From Alphaproteobacteria bacterium (lineage in GTDB: Bacteria; Pseudomonadota; Alphaproteobacteria; MPNO01): DNA of 64,000 bases. Position numbers and translations under genes: made by a program. The notes beneath the pieces were generated by a model. The model had not been told where the DNA came from, did no database searches, and saw nothing but the letters and a program-made list of their open reading frames with translations. This document shows, piece after piece, positions 40,995-50,988 of the stretch (position 1 is its first letter; every line of letters begins with the position of its first letter). Location of the stretch: contig CBDFLJ010000002.1 of NCBI GenBank assembly GCA_965248835.1, positions 736,001-800,000 of the forward strand. Direction: 5' to 3'.

Positions 40995-41573
40995 CGCCGT
41001 GCGGGTGGTCGCGTTCTACAATCAGCGCGGCACGGCTGAGCAATGGATCAAGGAGAGCAAGAACGCGATCCGATGGACACGCCTATCGTGCCGCAGGTTC
41101 GACCACAATGCCGTTCGCCTCCAGCTTCCCGCGCCGGCCTACAACCTCGGCAACTTCATGCAAACTCTGGCATTACCCGAGGCGGTCGAGCAATGGTCGC
41201 TGACGACGCTGCGGGAGAACCTCATCAAGATCGGTGCGAAGATCGTCCGCCACGGCCGCTACGTCGTGTTCCAGATGGCCGAGGTCGCGATCCCGCGTGA
41301 GCTGTTCGCTGACATCCTGCGCCGTATCGACCGGCTCAGACCCAAGCCAGCTCCGGCATGAGCGACCGCACCCCGTTCCTTCGCGTCGCCGCCGACAGGA
41401 TCGGTGCGCCCGGATCGCCGGCAAAAAAGCCATTCCGCGCCACCAACGCCGCCAATTGGTCCTCAATCATCCGGATCGGCTCGAAGATGACCGTCATTCG
41501 AAGGCCGGTTGCACGTCGAGCGGTTTCGAGTCACGCTCAACGGGCTGGGACGGTTCCATACGGGGAATCCCGG
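40995..41573 (+). mobile_element. IS1380 family remnant (transposase C-terminus and right end)
   Basis: FYNQRGTAEQWIKE...LIKIGAKIVRHGRY; ends in CATACGGGGAATCCCGG. Confidence 0.85.
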
Positions 41574-41589
41574 ATTAGGGCATGCCGAG

Positions 41590-42323
41590 ATGGATGAAAG
41601 CGAGTACCGGAAGATAAGGAGGAGATACAATATTGTGGGCTGCGTAGTTGTGTTGACCCCGTGTCTCCTATTAGCTTTATTCTTCAATTTTCACACTTGG
41701 ATCGCCGACCTGTCCGGCACATACAAGTTCATCTGTGTCGATTTCCATGACTCCAAAATACTATACTACGCGTTGCCCAAGTTGTCCAATCAATGCGGTT
41801 ATATATCGGTCGTCCGACAATTTGACATCGTTCCTCCTGTACACTGGGACCTTATTATCGCATTGGATTTGGCTATTCTTGCAGTGCCGTTTTTAACTTC
41901 CATATATTTCATCATCGATTACAAGGCTCAAAGGCTTGTTATGATACAACCTTACTTGCGGCGCGCCTCTGGAATCAAGTATTATCGTGTAAGGTTAACC
42001 GTTTACCTGCTAGTGGGCCTTTCCACATCTTGTTGGTTTGTATTATTTGCGCCAATCGAAGTTTCTATGCCAATCGAAGTTTCTACATCGAGCGATGGGC
42101 CTTTCCACATCTTGTTGGTTTGTATTATTTGCGCATCGAAGTTTCTACATCGAGCGGCATATTGGCAGATTTGGCAGATTATGGCCTTGGTGTTTTGTTC
42201 CCCTCGCTTACTGCTGCGCTTTTACCGCATTTTGTGACGCTTGCAGTGTCGGTTGTGCCATTGTTGACCAATCGAGGAATTCGGCTTCAAAGCACGATGG
42301 ACGATGGTACGGGAAGGAGCTAG
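41590..42323 (+). pseudogene. Low-GC multi-TM protein frameshifted by an internal tandem duplication
   Basis: Hydrophobic ORF; duplication at 42014-42157 (net +80 bp); the C-terminus lies in another frame ending at 42323. Confidence 0.65.
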
Positions 42324-42333
42324 CCCGATCTAT

Positions 42334-42495
42334 CGGGGATTCCCCATATGGAACCTTCCCAGCCCGTTGAGCGTGACTCGAAACCGCTCGACGTACAACC
42401 CGCCTTCGAATGACGGCCATCTTCGCGCCGATCCGGATGATTGAGGATCAATTGGCGGCGTTGGTGGCGCGGAATGGCTTTTTTGCCGACGATCC
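42334..42495 (-). repeat. Inverted copy of the IS1380 right end
   Basis: Reverse complement of about 41411-41573. Confidence 0.85.
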
Positions 42496-42744
42496 CCACG
42501 ACCGACCGCCAGAGATCAAGAGCGGTCATGGTGTACCCCGCGATAGTGGTGGTACCGTCCTGGGCATGTCGGCACCCTCGAATGACGCTTGGCTCCCCCA
42601 GCGCAACCCCGGCTGCGGCGCCTATCTTGTGTGTGATGCCGATCCGGCGGTCGTGTTCCCGATCGTTTGCGACCCGTGCTGTCCTAGCGGTCGCTATCGG
42701 CTCTAAACCCTGACCCAGGGGTACGAGCCCCGCGCCCGCTCTAA

Positions 42745-43686
42745 GAGCCCTTCCGGAAAGTTCTTGAATCGGAAGAATCGTTTGTGATTCTGTGCTGGGC
42801 ATCCGGTTTACAGGAGGAAGCCCGATGTGGACTGCGGAACACCGCCGCGCGGCGGAGCGTCGCGGACTTCGCTATCCGAGTGATCTGACCGACGCCGAGT
42901 GGGCGCTGATCGCGCCAATGATCCCGCCTGCCAAGCGCGGCGGGCGCAAGCGCTCAGTCGACGTGCGCGAGGTTCTGAACGGCATCTTCACCGTGCTGTC
43001 CACGGGCTGCCAGTGGAATGCACTGCCCAAGGATCTGCCGCCGAAGTCGACGGTGTACGACTATTTCGATCTATGGGAGTGGGATGGCACGCTGGAGCGG
43101 ATCCATCATGAACTCTACGTCGCGGTGCGCGATGAGGAAGGACGCGAAGCCAGCCCGTCGGCCGCGGTCATCGACAGCCAGAGCGCCAAGGCGGCGCAAA
43201 AAGGGGGGCGTCGATCGACGATCAAGGCTTCGATGCGGGCAAGAAGGTCACCGGTCGCAAGCGGCACATCATGGTCGACACGCTCGGCCTGATGCTGGGC
43301 ATCGTGGTGCATTCCGGCGACGTTCAGGATCGCGACGGTGCCCACGAGCTCTTGCGCCGCACCCGGCGACGGTTCCCATTCATCGAGGTGATCTACGCCG
43401 ACGGCGGCTATCAGGGACCGAAGATGGCCGCGACTGTCGCCAAGACCGGGGGGTGGCGGCTCGAGATCGTCAAGCGCAACGACGTGCCCCGCTTCGAGGT
43501 GCTGCCAAAGCGTTGGATTGTCGAACGCACCTTCGCCTGGATCAGCCGCAACAGGCGCCTCGCTCGCGACTTCGAACGTCACGTTCGATCCGTCGTCGCC
43601 TTCATCCGACTCGCCATGATCCGCATCATGCTGCGCAGACTCGCCGCAACCCACTCACCATAGATTCAAACTTTCCGGATCGGCTC
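42745..43686 (+). mobile_element. IS5 family element, copy 1 (two ORFs, 42825-43292 and -43663)
   Basis: IRs GAGCCCTTCCGGAAAGT / ACTTTCCGGATCGGCTC; TAA duplication; YPSDLTDAEW and RWIVERTF; A6G7 slippery site with orfB in the -1 frame. Confidence 0.93.
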
Positions 43687-43925
43687 TAAGACGTATCTAT
43701 AGGGCCGCGCGGGAAGCTGTGCGGTCTGGCAGGCGGCCGCCGTGAGGACTTGATCCCGCACAACTGCAGGTGCTCCACGATCTGAGCCGCAATATGGCGG
43801 AACGGGTTGTGGTCTCCTGGAAGGCGCTTGCGCGGCCAGCTCGGCGCCACTTTGTTCAAGGCCATCTCAACGTCGGACACGATCTTTTGCTTTGAGACAG
43901 GCCGGTTGTCGTCGTTCGTGCTCAT
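43686..43925 (-). CDS. Small hypothetical protein
   Basis: MSTNDDNRPV...IAAQIVEHLQLCG; plausible composition only. Confidence 0.4.
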   Translation of the reverse strand: MSTNDDNRPVSKQKIVSDVEMALNKVAPSWPRKRLPGDHNPFRHIAAQIVEHLQLCGIKSSRRPPARPHSFPRGPIDTS

Positions 43926-44073
43926 GGCCCAAGCGTATATCGGGACCAAAAAAACAGAACAAGGTGGGCGAAATCCGAGAACGTCGGTAGGCTCGCGGCC
44001 ATGTTTGTCGGCTTCCAGGGCCGATCGTGCTAGCCTCTTGACAACGCGGACGGGCGATCCGGGGAAGCGCAAG

Positions 44074-44819
44074 GTGAGAGCACTCGCAACACTATCGACG
44101 GCCCTTGTCGTAATGCTGGACTGGTCCGCCGCCGGTGCCGAGGACAATAAAATAGAGCCGTTCGGACCCGAGTGGTCCATCACCGAGAACCAGCCCTGCC
44201 AGGTGTGGAACGGCGACAGCAGGTTGGAAGAACCATACAGCTGGTCCGGTCGATGCGTCGACGGCAAGGTCTCGGGCGAGGGGCGACTGAGCGCTGCCGC
44301 GGGTCGGTACATCTACGAAGGCGACATGCGGGTCGGCAAGTTTCACGGCTTTGGGATCCTTACCGCACTCATCGGCTTCCGCTACGAGGGCGAGTTTCGC
44401 GATGGCAAGATGCACGGCCACGGCATCGCATCCATCCCAATGGCAACCGCTACGAGGGCGGGTTTCGCGACAACAAGATCCACGGCAGCGGGACGCTCAT
44501 CACAGCCACGGGCCACCGTTACGAAGGCGAGACGCGCGACGACAGGATCCACGGCCGCGGGACTCTCATTGCGGCCGACGGCAGCCGCTACGAGGGCGAG
44601 TGGCGCGACAACAAGGTCAATGGTCGCGGGACTCTAACGTGGGCCAATGGCAACCGATACGAAGGCGCGTGGCAGGACGGCAAGCCGCACGGCTGGGGGA
44701 TCTATGCCAGAACCGACGGCGAGGTTTACGAGGGCAATTGGTCCAACGGTTGCTTTGAGGGGAGAGATGGCCGGCGGGCATTTGTCAAAACGACCGCAGC
44801 GGCCTGCGGCTTCAAATAG
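44074..44819 (+). pseudogene. Secreted MORN-repeat protein, frameshifted near 44430
   Basis: YEGxxxxxKxHGxG repeats split over two frames; WSGRCVDGK N-domain. Confidence 0.8.
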
Positions 44820-44855
44820 CCATATGGGCGAACCAGCGTTCGATAGAGGTCAGCC

Positions 44856-45548
44856 ATGTGCGGGCGCTTCACGCAGATGTATAGCTGGGAGCAGGTACGG
44901 GAATTCCTCGACCTGCTCGGTCCGCCGTAGAACCTCCAACCCCGATACAACGTCGCGCCGTCACAGAACGTCGCCGCGGTCCGCGCGGGCGAGGACGGGC
45001 GGCGGCTCTCGATGATCCGCTGGGGCCTGATTCCGGCCTGGGCGAAGGAGACCTCGATCGGTTACAAGCTGATCAATGCGCGCGCAGAAACCGCGGCATC
45101 GAAGCCGTCATTCCGTGCCGCGTTCAAATCTCGCCGCTGCGTCATCCCGGTGGACGGGTTCTACGAGTGGAAGAAGGAAGGCTCGACCAAGCACCCCTAC
45201 CGCATCCACATGAAGGACGAAGGGCTTTTCGCCTTCGCCGGGTTGTGGGAACGCTGGAAAGTCCGCTAGGGGTTGAAGCTGACAGGCAATCTATCCGACC
45301 GGCGCCCGGGAGACGAGATCGAGACCTGCACGATCCTGACCACCGAGGCGAACGCGTTTCTTGCGCCGATCCACGGCCGGATGCCGGTCATCCTCGACCC
45401 GGACGCGATCGACCCCTGGCTCGGCGGGGAAACGGTGCCGCTGGGCCCGTACCCCTCGGCCAAGATGGCCGCCCATCCGGTCAGCACTCTGGTCAACAGC
45501 CCGAAGAACGACGAGCCGCGGTGCGTGGAAGCGATTGGCGGCGGCTGA
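44856..45548 (+). pseudogene. Second SRAP/YedK copy with two nonsense codons
   Basis: Near-identical to 38169-38861; TAG at 44928-30 and 45267-69. Confidence 0.9.
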
Positions 45549-45783
45549 CCCGCCCGACACCCGTTGTCCCGTCGTGCACGACGCAGGAGCGCCCAAGTCA
45601 CCTCGGGCGCAGGTGGGTAGTGCTTGCGCGCGGCCAGCGTGAAGAACGGATCGTAGGCCCCCGGCACCCCGGCGGCAGCGCAGCGGTAGTCGCCCGCGCG
45701 CGCCTGCGCTGCGGTCGTAGCGGCGGCCAGGACGGCGGTCAGGACGGCGGCGAGGACCGCGGCGACCGCAAGATCCCGGAGGA

Positions 45784-46149
45784 TCACAACCACACCCCCC
45801 AGACCGTCACGATGAAGATGATCGCGCAGATGCGGATGGTCGCGTTCAGATTCACGCGGTTTGCCGCCTGGACCTCTTCCGCCGTCACCTTGCCGCCGTC
45901 CTTGAGCCGGCCGTAGACGGCTTCGACGATGTCCCAGTTCGGCGCGATCACCCACGGCGCGAATTTCAGGATCGCACCGATGATGGCAAGCCCGAGCGCC
46001 GCCCCGAACACGACATAGAGCGCTTTGCTGGCGAGCACCCCGGCCGATGGCAGTTGCGCGCCGAGATCGATGACGTTGGCCGTCTGCGCCTCGGCCGAGG
46101 CGCCGCCGGCGCAAACCATCAGAACGGCAATGCACAGGATTCCAATCAT
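45784..46149 (-). CDS. Phage-region membrane protein (possibly holin-like)
   Basis: Two to three hydrophobic segments; downstream of tail-fibre debris. Confidence 0.45.
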   Translation of the reverse strand: MIGILCIAVLMVCAGGASAEAQTANVIDLGAQLPSAGVLASKALYVVFGAALGLAIIGAILKFAPWVIAPNWDIVEAVYGRLKDGGKVTAEEVQAANRVNLNATIRICAIIFIVTVWGVWL

Positions 46150-46161
46150 CGTAACCCCCGA

Positions 46162-46521
46162 CTACGGTTTGCGCGCTTCCTCGAACCGGCCTTCGAGGCG
46201 GGCCATTTCCTTCGACAGCCCGTTGAGCCGCTCATGCAGCTTGGCCCGGTCGGCCTTCGCTTCGAGCGCCTGGGTGGTGATGACATCGGCCAGCTGATTG
46301 CCCAGGCGGTCGACCGAGTCGCGGATCTCGGCGTGCTCGGTGGTGCATTGCGCACGGTGCTCGCCGCGCCACGACTGCAGCGCCGCGATGTCCTTTTCGG
46401 TCGCCGTGCGAAACGCCGTCGTGTCCTTGATCGATGTCGACAGCCGCATCCACAGCGTCGACAGCCCGACCAGGATGCCGATCAGCCCGGCGATGGAGAT
46501 ATGGCCCAGCGTGATTTCCAT
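46162..46521 (-). CDS. Phage-region TM plus coiled-coil protein
   Basis: N-terminal TM helix then coiled coil; position typical of lysis modules. Confidence 0.5.
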   Translation of the reverse strand: MEITLGHISIAGLIGILVGLSTLWMRLSTSIKDTTAFRTATEKDIAALQSWRGEHRAQCTTEHAEIRDSVDRLGNQLADVITTQALEAKADRAKLHERLNGLSKEMARLEGRFEEARKP

Positions 46522-46558
46522 CGATCAGGCGGCCGCGCCGGTTATGGCGGGCTCGGGA

Positions 46559-47755
46559 TCAAGAAGCGAGGTCATTGTCGTACACCACAACGTTATGGGC
46601 GCCGCCCCCTCTTGAGATAAAAGAGGTCGTGGTCTTGTTGACGACCCAGTGGTTCTGTTCTGCCTCCACCGTAAGTTGAACGACGTAGTTCGCGTTCGGC
46701 CGCGCGGTCGTGAATGTCCAAAGTTTCCCGAGGGAGTGTGCGACGACGGACGCAAAGCCATAATTGGCGGTAAAGACATTTCCCGTTGTGCAATGTCCAA
46801 ATGCGACCGGAAGAATGCGGCGCACGTCTTCCTCGAGCGCGGCGTAGGGGATGTCGTTAAGCTGATCGACGGGGACATGGGCGTTATCGTCGAGGCTCGC
46901 CAAGCCGTTGGCGGTACCGCGCGGCAGGCGGCCGATGCCCACCGTCCCGGCCGTGATCTTGTCGGCGTTGAGGCCCGGGATCTTGTCGGCGGCGAGCGTG
47001 CCCTCGGTGATCTTGTCGGCATTGAGGCCGGGGATCGTGTCGGGCGGGAAGGTGCCGTTGTCCTCGAGCGCGGCCAGGTCGCCGGCGGCGGTGCCGACGT
47101 TGCGCCGGACGGCCAAGCCGAGGGGCAAGCCGACAACGAAAAACTTCGAGCCGGTGTAGAGAACGGTGACGAAATCGTTGTCGTGGAAAACGCCCGCCCC
47201 GGCCCGGGTTGCGCCCTGCATGTAGACGTCCTTGGCGCCCAGCCCGGAGACATTGATCGTCACATCGGCCGTGCTCGCGGCCTCGACCTGGAACGTGAAC
47301 CGCTGGCCGCCCGCGTAGGCCGCGATCGCCGGCGACAGGGCGAGGGTGATCGCGTCCGCCGTGCCGCCGACACCGCTGGCGGGAACGATCTCGGGCCGGC
47401 CGTCCTGGATCTGTCCGAGCGCGGCGTATTGGTCGCGGGCCTCGGCGTCGCCAACGCCGGTGTGCTTGCGGCCGCCCATCGGCAGATCGGCCGAGGGCCG
47501 GTTCTGGCCGTCGCGCGTCAGGCAGTTCTCCAGACCGGTCGCGAGGTCTTCGTCATGGGTGTCCGAGACCGCCTCGAGGCGGCTGGCGATGCGCCGGTGG
47601 TGGCCGGCGGGCGCGTAGCTCGGAAGCGTCGCCTCAGTGTAGGCGATCAGGTCGTGGCGCGCCTTGCGGCGCTGCATCTCGGTCAGCAGCGCCGTCAGCT
47701 CGCGCAAGTCCGAGCTGTCGGGCGAGCCGCCTTGCGCGGTCTTTGAGGGAGTCAT
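46559..47755 (-). CDS. Chimeric ORF: terminase large-subunit N-terminus fused to a tail-fibre-like protein
   Basis: RRKARHDLIAYT...HHRRIASRLEAV joined to DLATGLENCLTRDGQ..LPMGG, IPGLNADKIT repeats and ANGLASLD. Confidence 0.6.
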   Translation of the reverse strand: MTPSKTAQGGSPDSSDLRELTALLTEMQRRKARHDLIAYTEATLPSYAPAGHHRRIASRLEAVSDTHDEDLATGLENCLTRDGQNRPSADLPMGGRKHTGVGDAEARDQYAALGQIQDGRPEIVPASGVGGTADAITLALSPAIAAYAGGQRFTFQVEAASTADVTINVSGLGAKDVYMQGATRAGAGVFHDNDFVTVLYTGSKFFVVGLPLGLAVRRNVGTAAGDLAALEDNGTFPPDTIPGLNADKITEGTLAADKIPGLNADKITAGTVGIGRLPRGTANGLASLDDNAHVPVDQLNDIPYAALEEDVRRILPVAFGHCTTGNVFTANYGFASVVAHSLGKLWTFTTARPNANYVVQLTVEAEQNHWVVNKTTTSFISRGGGAHNVVVYDNDLAS

Positions 47756-48113
47756 CGTCGAGGTCTCGGAACTCTCCGGGTGCGCCGACCTCGCGGCGCT
47801 CTATCAGCATGCCGAGATGCTTGGCAAGCGTCGTCCATGCCGCAACCCGCGCACCGTGGCTCGACCCTTCGCCGGTCCTGCGGGCCTCGGCGAGCAGCCC
47901 GGCGACCACGTCGTTCGCCGTAAGCGCCAGGTCCCTGGCGCGTGCGCTCATCAGCCGATCGATCTCGGCGGCCACCGCTTCATGGCGCAACAGCCGCCAG
48001 CCGGTCCGTCCCGCCGACCGCGCACTATACCCGGCGCGCACCGCCGCCCGGGTCGCGTTGAGGTCAACGATATACGCGGCGGCAAACCGCCGCTGTCGCG
48101 CGGTCATGGTCAT
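47634..48113 (-). CDS. terS: Phage terminase small subunit
   Basis: RQRRFAAAYIVDLNATRAAVRAGYS...LAKHLGM. Confidence 0.85.
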   Translation of the reverse strand: MTMTARQRRFAAAYIVDLNATRAAVRAGYSARSAGRTGWRLLRHEAVAAEIDRLMSARARDLALTANDVVAGLLAEARRTGEGSSHGARVAAWTTLAKHLGMLIERREVGAPGEFRDLDDDSLKDRARRLARQLGLARADGAADRDAAPQGAPRPDRLH

Positions 48114-48213
48114 CGAACAAGCCTTGCAAGGCGATCGTGTCGTTCGTCAATATGTTTCCGCCGCCGAGCCGGCGGACGCTTGCGGCGCGTAACGCTGCGC
48201 GCTACAGTGAGGC

Positions 48214-48486
48214 ATGAAGATCAGGCACAGGGGACTGCGGGCGTTGCACGAACGCGACGATGCCGCGCGGCTGCCTGCCGGTCTGGTGGCACGGCTCCGG
48301 CGCATCCTGTTCCGGCTGCAAGAGGCGGCGCATCCGGGCAGCGCCGACGCGCCCGGCTTCCGGCTGCATCCCCTGAAGGGCGACCGCGCGGGCCAGTGGA
48401 GCGTTCGCGTCTCCGGCAACTGGCGTGTGGTGTTCCGCTTCGAGGACGGCGAGGCTGTGGACGTGGACCTGATCGACTATCACTGA
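48214..48486 (+). CDS. higB: HigB toxin
   Basis: IRHRGLR...LHPLKGDRAGQWSVRVSGNWRVVF...DYH. Confidence 0.9.
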   Translation: MKIRHRGLRALHERDDAARLPAGLVARLRRILFRLQEAAHPGSADAPGFRLHPLKGDRAGQWSVRVSGNWRVVFRFEDGEAVDVDLIDYH

Positions 48487-48505
48487 CCGAAGGGGAGCGC
48501 TGACC

Positions 48506-48820
48506 ATGAACGACATTGCAAACGACCGCGTTGGCCCGATGCAGAACCCGCCCCACCTGGGCGAACTGATCCGCGAGAGCATGGACGAAATGGGCTGGAA
48601 CGTGACCGAGACGGCGGCGCGCCTCGGCTGCGAGCGCGGAACGCTGTCGCGGCTGCTGAACGGCAAGGCGGGCGTGTCCGCGAACATGGCGCTGGCGTTG
48701 GAGGACATCGGCTGGGGCACCGCCGAGCACTGGATGCGGATGCAGGCGAGCTACGAGCTTGCGCAGGCGCGCCGGGACCGCGCCGCCGCCGACCGGCGCG
48801 CGGGCGCATTGCACGCATGA
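48506..48820 (+). CDS. higA: HigA antitoxin
   Basis: NPPHLGELIR...LSRLLNGKAGVSANMAL..W.RMQ..Y. Confidence 0.9.
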   Translation: MNDIANDRVGPMQNPPHLGELIRESMDEMGWNVTETAARLGCERGTLSRLLNGKAGVSANMALALEDIGWGTAEHWMRMQASYELAQARRDRAAADRRAGALHA

Positions 48821-48914
48821 TCCGGTTTCGGGGATGCGCTGCGGGGGCGGGGACCGTCCCGGATGCCGTCGTTCGTCTGTCCGTGCCGCTTGCGGCCAAC
48901 GGCAAGCTGTCCCT

Positions 48915-49075
48915 CGCTCGGCGGCTATCAGGTGTTCAAGAAATGGCTCTCCCACCGTAAAAGCGATATCCTCGGACGTGCGCTCAAGCCCGAAGACATC
49001 CGGCATTTCGCCGATACGGCGCGGCGGATTTTCGGGATATTGGGCATGTCAGGAGCAAGGATGACGAATAAATGA
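48915..49075 (+). pseudogene. C-terminal fragment of a Type ISP-like restriction-modification enzyme
   Basis: LGGYQVFKKWLSHR...LGRAL...F..TARRI. Confidence 0.55.
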
Positions 49076-50061
49076 GCAGCAACACGACTTGCCCGATTTG
49101 GGGTACGCCAGCCACCCTAGCTTTAGAGAAATACGGACGATATGTGGATTCGCCGCGTGCGGGCGGCAGGTACTTTATTTCCGGATTGGCAGAAGTCGTT
49201 CTAGGAAATTGCGATGATCGTGTGAAGGTGCGGCTTACGACTTGGTTAGTCGAACAGCGTCGACTCGGGATCTCGTGTCCAGAAATTGATACAGAAACGA
49301 TTAACGACGCGGAACAGCAGAGAGATACGGACGTTTCCGATCGCGCCGATGGCATTCTCAGATATCTGGCGACAAGATCGGAAATTCTGGGAACAAGGAT
49401 TGCCTATCGCATCTTGGTCAAATTGTCCGACGAGATACAACTGGACGATCTCTATAAGTCCTATTTTGAGATTCTTTCACATTCCGGCTGTGTTGGTTAT
49501 GATGATTTTCTTTTCCTTCTGAACTATCTGCAAAAGTGCGGTTTGATTGAATGCAGCGGCACCACTAATCCAATACAGAAATGTGCTTTGACTGTGGATG
49601 GTTACGCGAGACTGGCCGAACTGGAAAAAACCTATACGGCTTCTCCAAGAGCTTTCGTCGCGATGTGGTTTGATCCTTCCATGGACGAAGCCTGGAAACA
49701 TGGATTTGATCCAGCGATCCGCAACGCGGGGTACCAGCCGGTGCGGATCGATCAGCAGCAGCATTTGAACAAGATCGACGATGAGATCATCGCCGAAATA
49801 CGCAGAGCTCGCTTTGTTGTGGCGGATTTCACGCAAGGCGACAAGGGAGCGCGCGGCGGCGTCTACTATGAAGCGGGGTTTGCGCATGGCCTCGCTATCC
49901 CGGTCATATTTACGTGTCAGAAGGATTCGCTTGATAATATTCATTTTGATACACGTCAATACAACCACATCGTGTGGACTGAACCGGAGGAACTGCGGAG
50001 CAGTTTGACAAGCCGTATCGCTGCCGTGATCGGAGATGGACCGAACAAGCCTCCAGACTAA
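49072..50061 (+). CDS. Low-GC protein with C-terminal nucleoside-deoxyribosyltransferase/TIR-like domain
   Basis: AFVAMWFD, KIDDEIIAEIRRARFVVADFT, GVYYEAGFA, HFDTRQYN. Confidence 0.75.
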   Translation: MSSNTTCPIWGTPATLALEKYGRYVDSPRAGGRYFISGLAEVVLGNCDDRVKVRLTTWLVEQRRLGISCPEIDTETINDAEQQRDTDVSDRADGILRYLATRSEILGTRIAYRILVKLSDEIQLDDLYKSYFEILSHSGCVGYDDFLFLLNYLQKCGLIECSGTTNPIQKCALTVDGYARLAELEKTYTASPRAFVAMWFDPSMDEAWKHGFDPAIRNAGYQPVRIDQQQHLNKIDDEIIAEIRRARFVVADFTQGDKGARGGVYYEAGFAHGLAIPVIFTCQKDSLDNIHFDTRQYNHIVWTEPEELRSSLTSRIAAVIGDGPNKPPD

Positions 50062-50080
50062 CAACAAAACAAACTTCGAC

Positions 50081-50575
50081 TCATGTGGCCGCGTCCGCCA
50101 TCGTCTCCGCGGTGACGCTTCCGACCCTCTCCGCAACCTCGACAAGATATGTGTCGGCAAGATGAGCGTATCCGGCTGTCGTTCGATGCCGCCGGTGCCC
50201 GAGCAGCTTGCCGACCAGCGGCAGGTTTTCGCCCGACATGACGGTGTGACTGGCGGCGGTGTGCCGAAGGTCATGCAGGCGCAGCCTGCCGAGCTTCGCG
50301 TCCGCGCAGACAGTGCGCCAACAATCCGTCAGTATCCATATGCCCCGGCCTTCGGCATGCCGTGGAAACAGATGCGCCTCCGGGTTGCGGGGACCGGGCA
50401 GCGCTTCGATCAGCGCCAGCGCGGCCTCGCCGAGCGGCACCGCGCGGGCCGGTCTTGGAGTCGGGCAGGTTGATCGCGTCGCCGCCGATGTCGCGCCAGC
50501 GCAGATTGAGCACTTCGCTCCGGCGACATCCCGTCAGCGCCAACAGCCGGATGGCGGCGACGGCCTGGGAGGGCT
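50081..50575 (-). pseudogene. Tyrosine integrase C-terminal fragment (frameshifted)
   Basis: LLALTGCRRSE..L.W, DSKTG, HDLRHT, LLGH..TTAGYAH. Confidence 0.85.
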
Positions 50576-50634
50576 CTACGTGGAAATGCCGGCGAAGATC
50601 TCCTATGGTCAAACGGGATGGAGGATGAACGACC

Positions 50635-50976
50635 ATGACTGTCTTCGACCAGCGCGGCCAGACGGTTGGCTGGCAATACAACGCGGCGGGCAACATCAAT
50701 TTTGGAGCGGTGTCAAATCGCGCCGCGTTTCACGACGAGCTCCGGAAACTGGAGGCGGAGGTGGCTTCCGCCATATCCGCCAAGGCGATCGAAGGCGAGA
50801 TTGCTGTCGATGTCGAACATGCCATGAAGAAGGCAGTGATACAGGCGGAGAAGCCGGAGCCGGAGAAGTCTGCACTGGTCGAGTACCTGACCAGGGCCAA
50901 GGATCTGGTCGCCGGCGTATCGGGGTTGGCCGGCGCCTTCTCGGCGGCGATCAAACAGGTTCAATCACTCTTCTGA
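50635..50976 (+). CDS. Small helical protein with an N-terminal amyloid-like motif (putative NLR effector)
   Basis: GGAGG RBS; MTVFDQRGQTVGWQYNAAGNINFG followed by helices and an amphipathic C-terminal end. Confidence 0.7.
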   Translation: MTVFDQRGQTVGWQYNAAGNINFGAVSNRAAFHDELRKLEAEVASAISAKAIEGEIAVDVEHAMKKAVIQAEKPEPEKSALVEYLTRAKDLVAGVSGLAGAFSAAIKQVQSLF

Positions 50977-50988
50977 GGGTCCGACATC

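Noticed and set aside
43195-43210. IS5 transposase as a frameshift pseudogene
   Set aside because: The same A6G7 site is in both copies with orfB in the -1 frame, consistent with programmed frameshifting.
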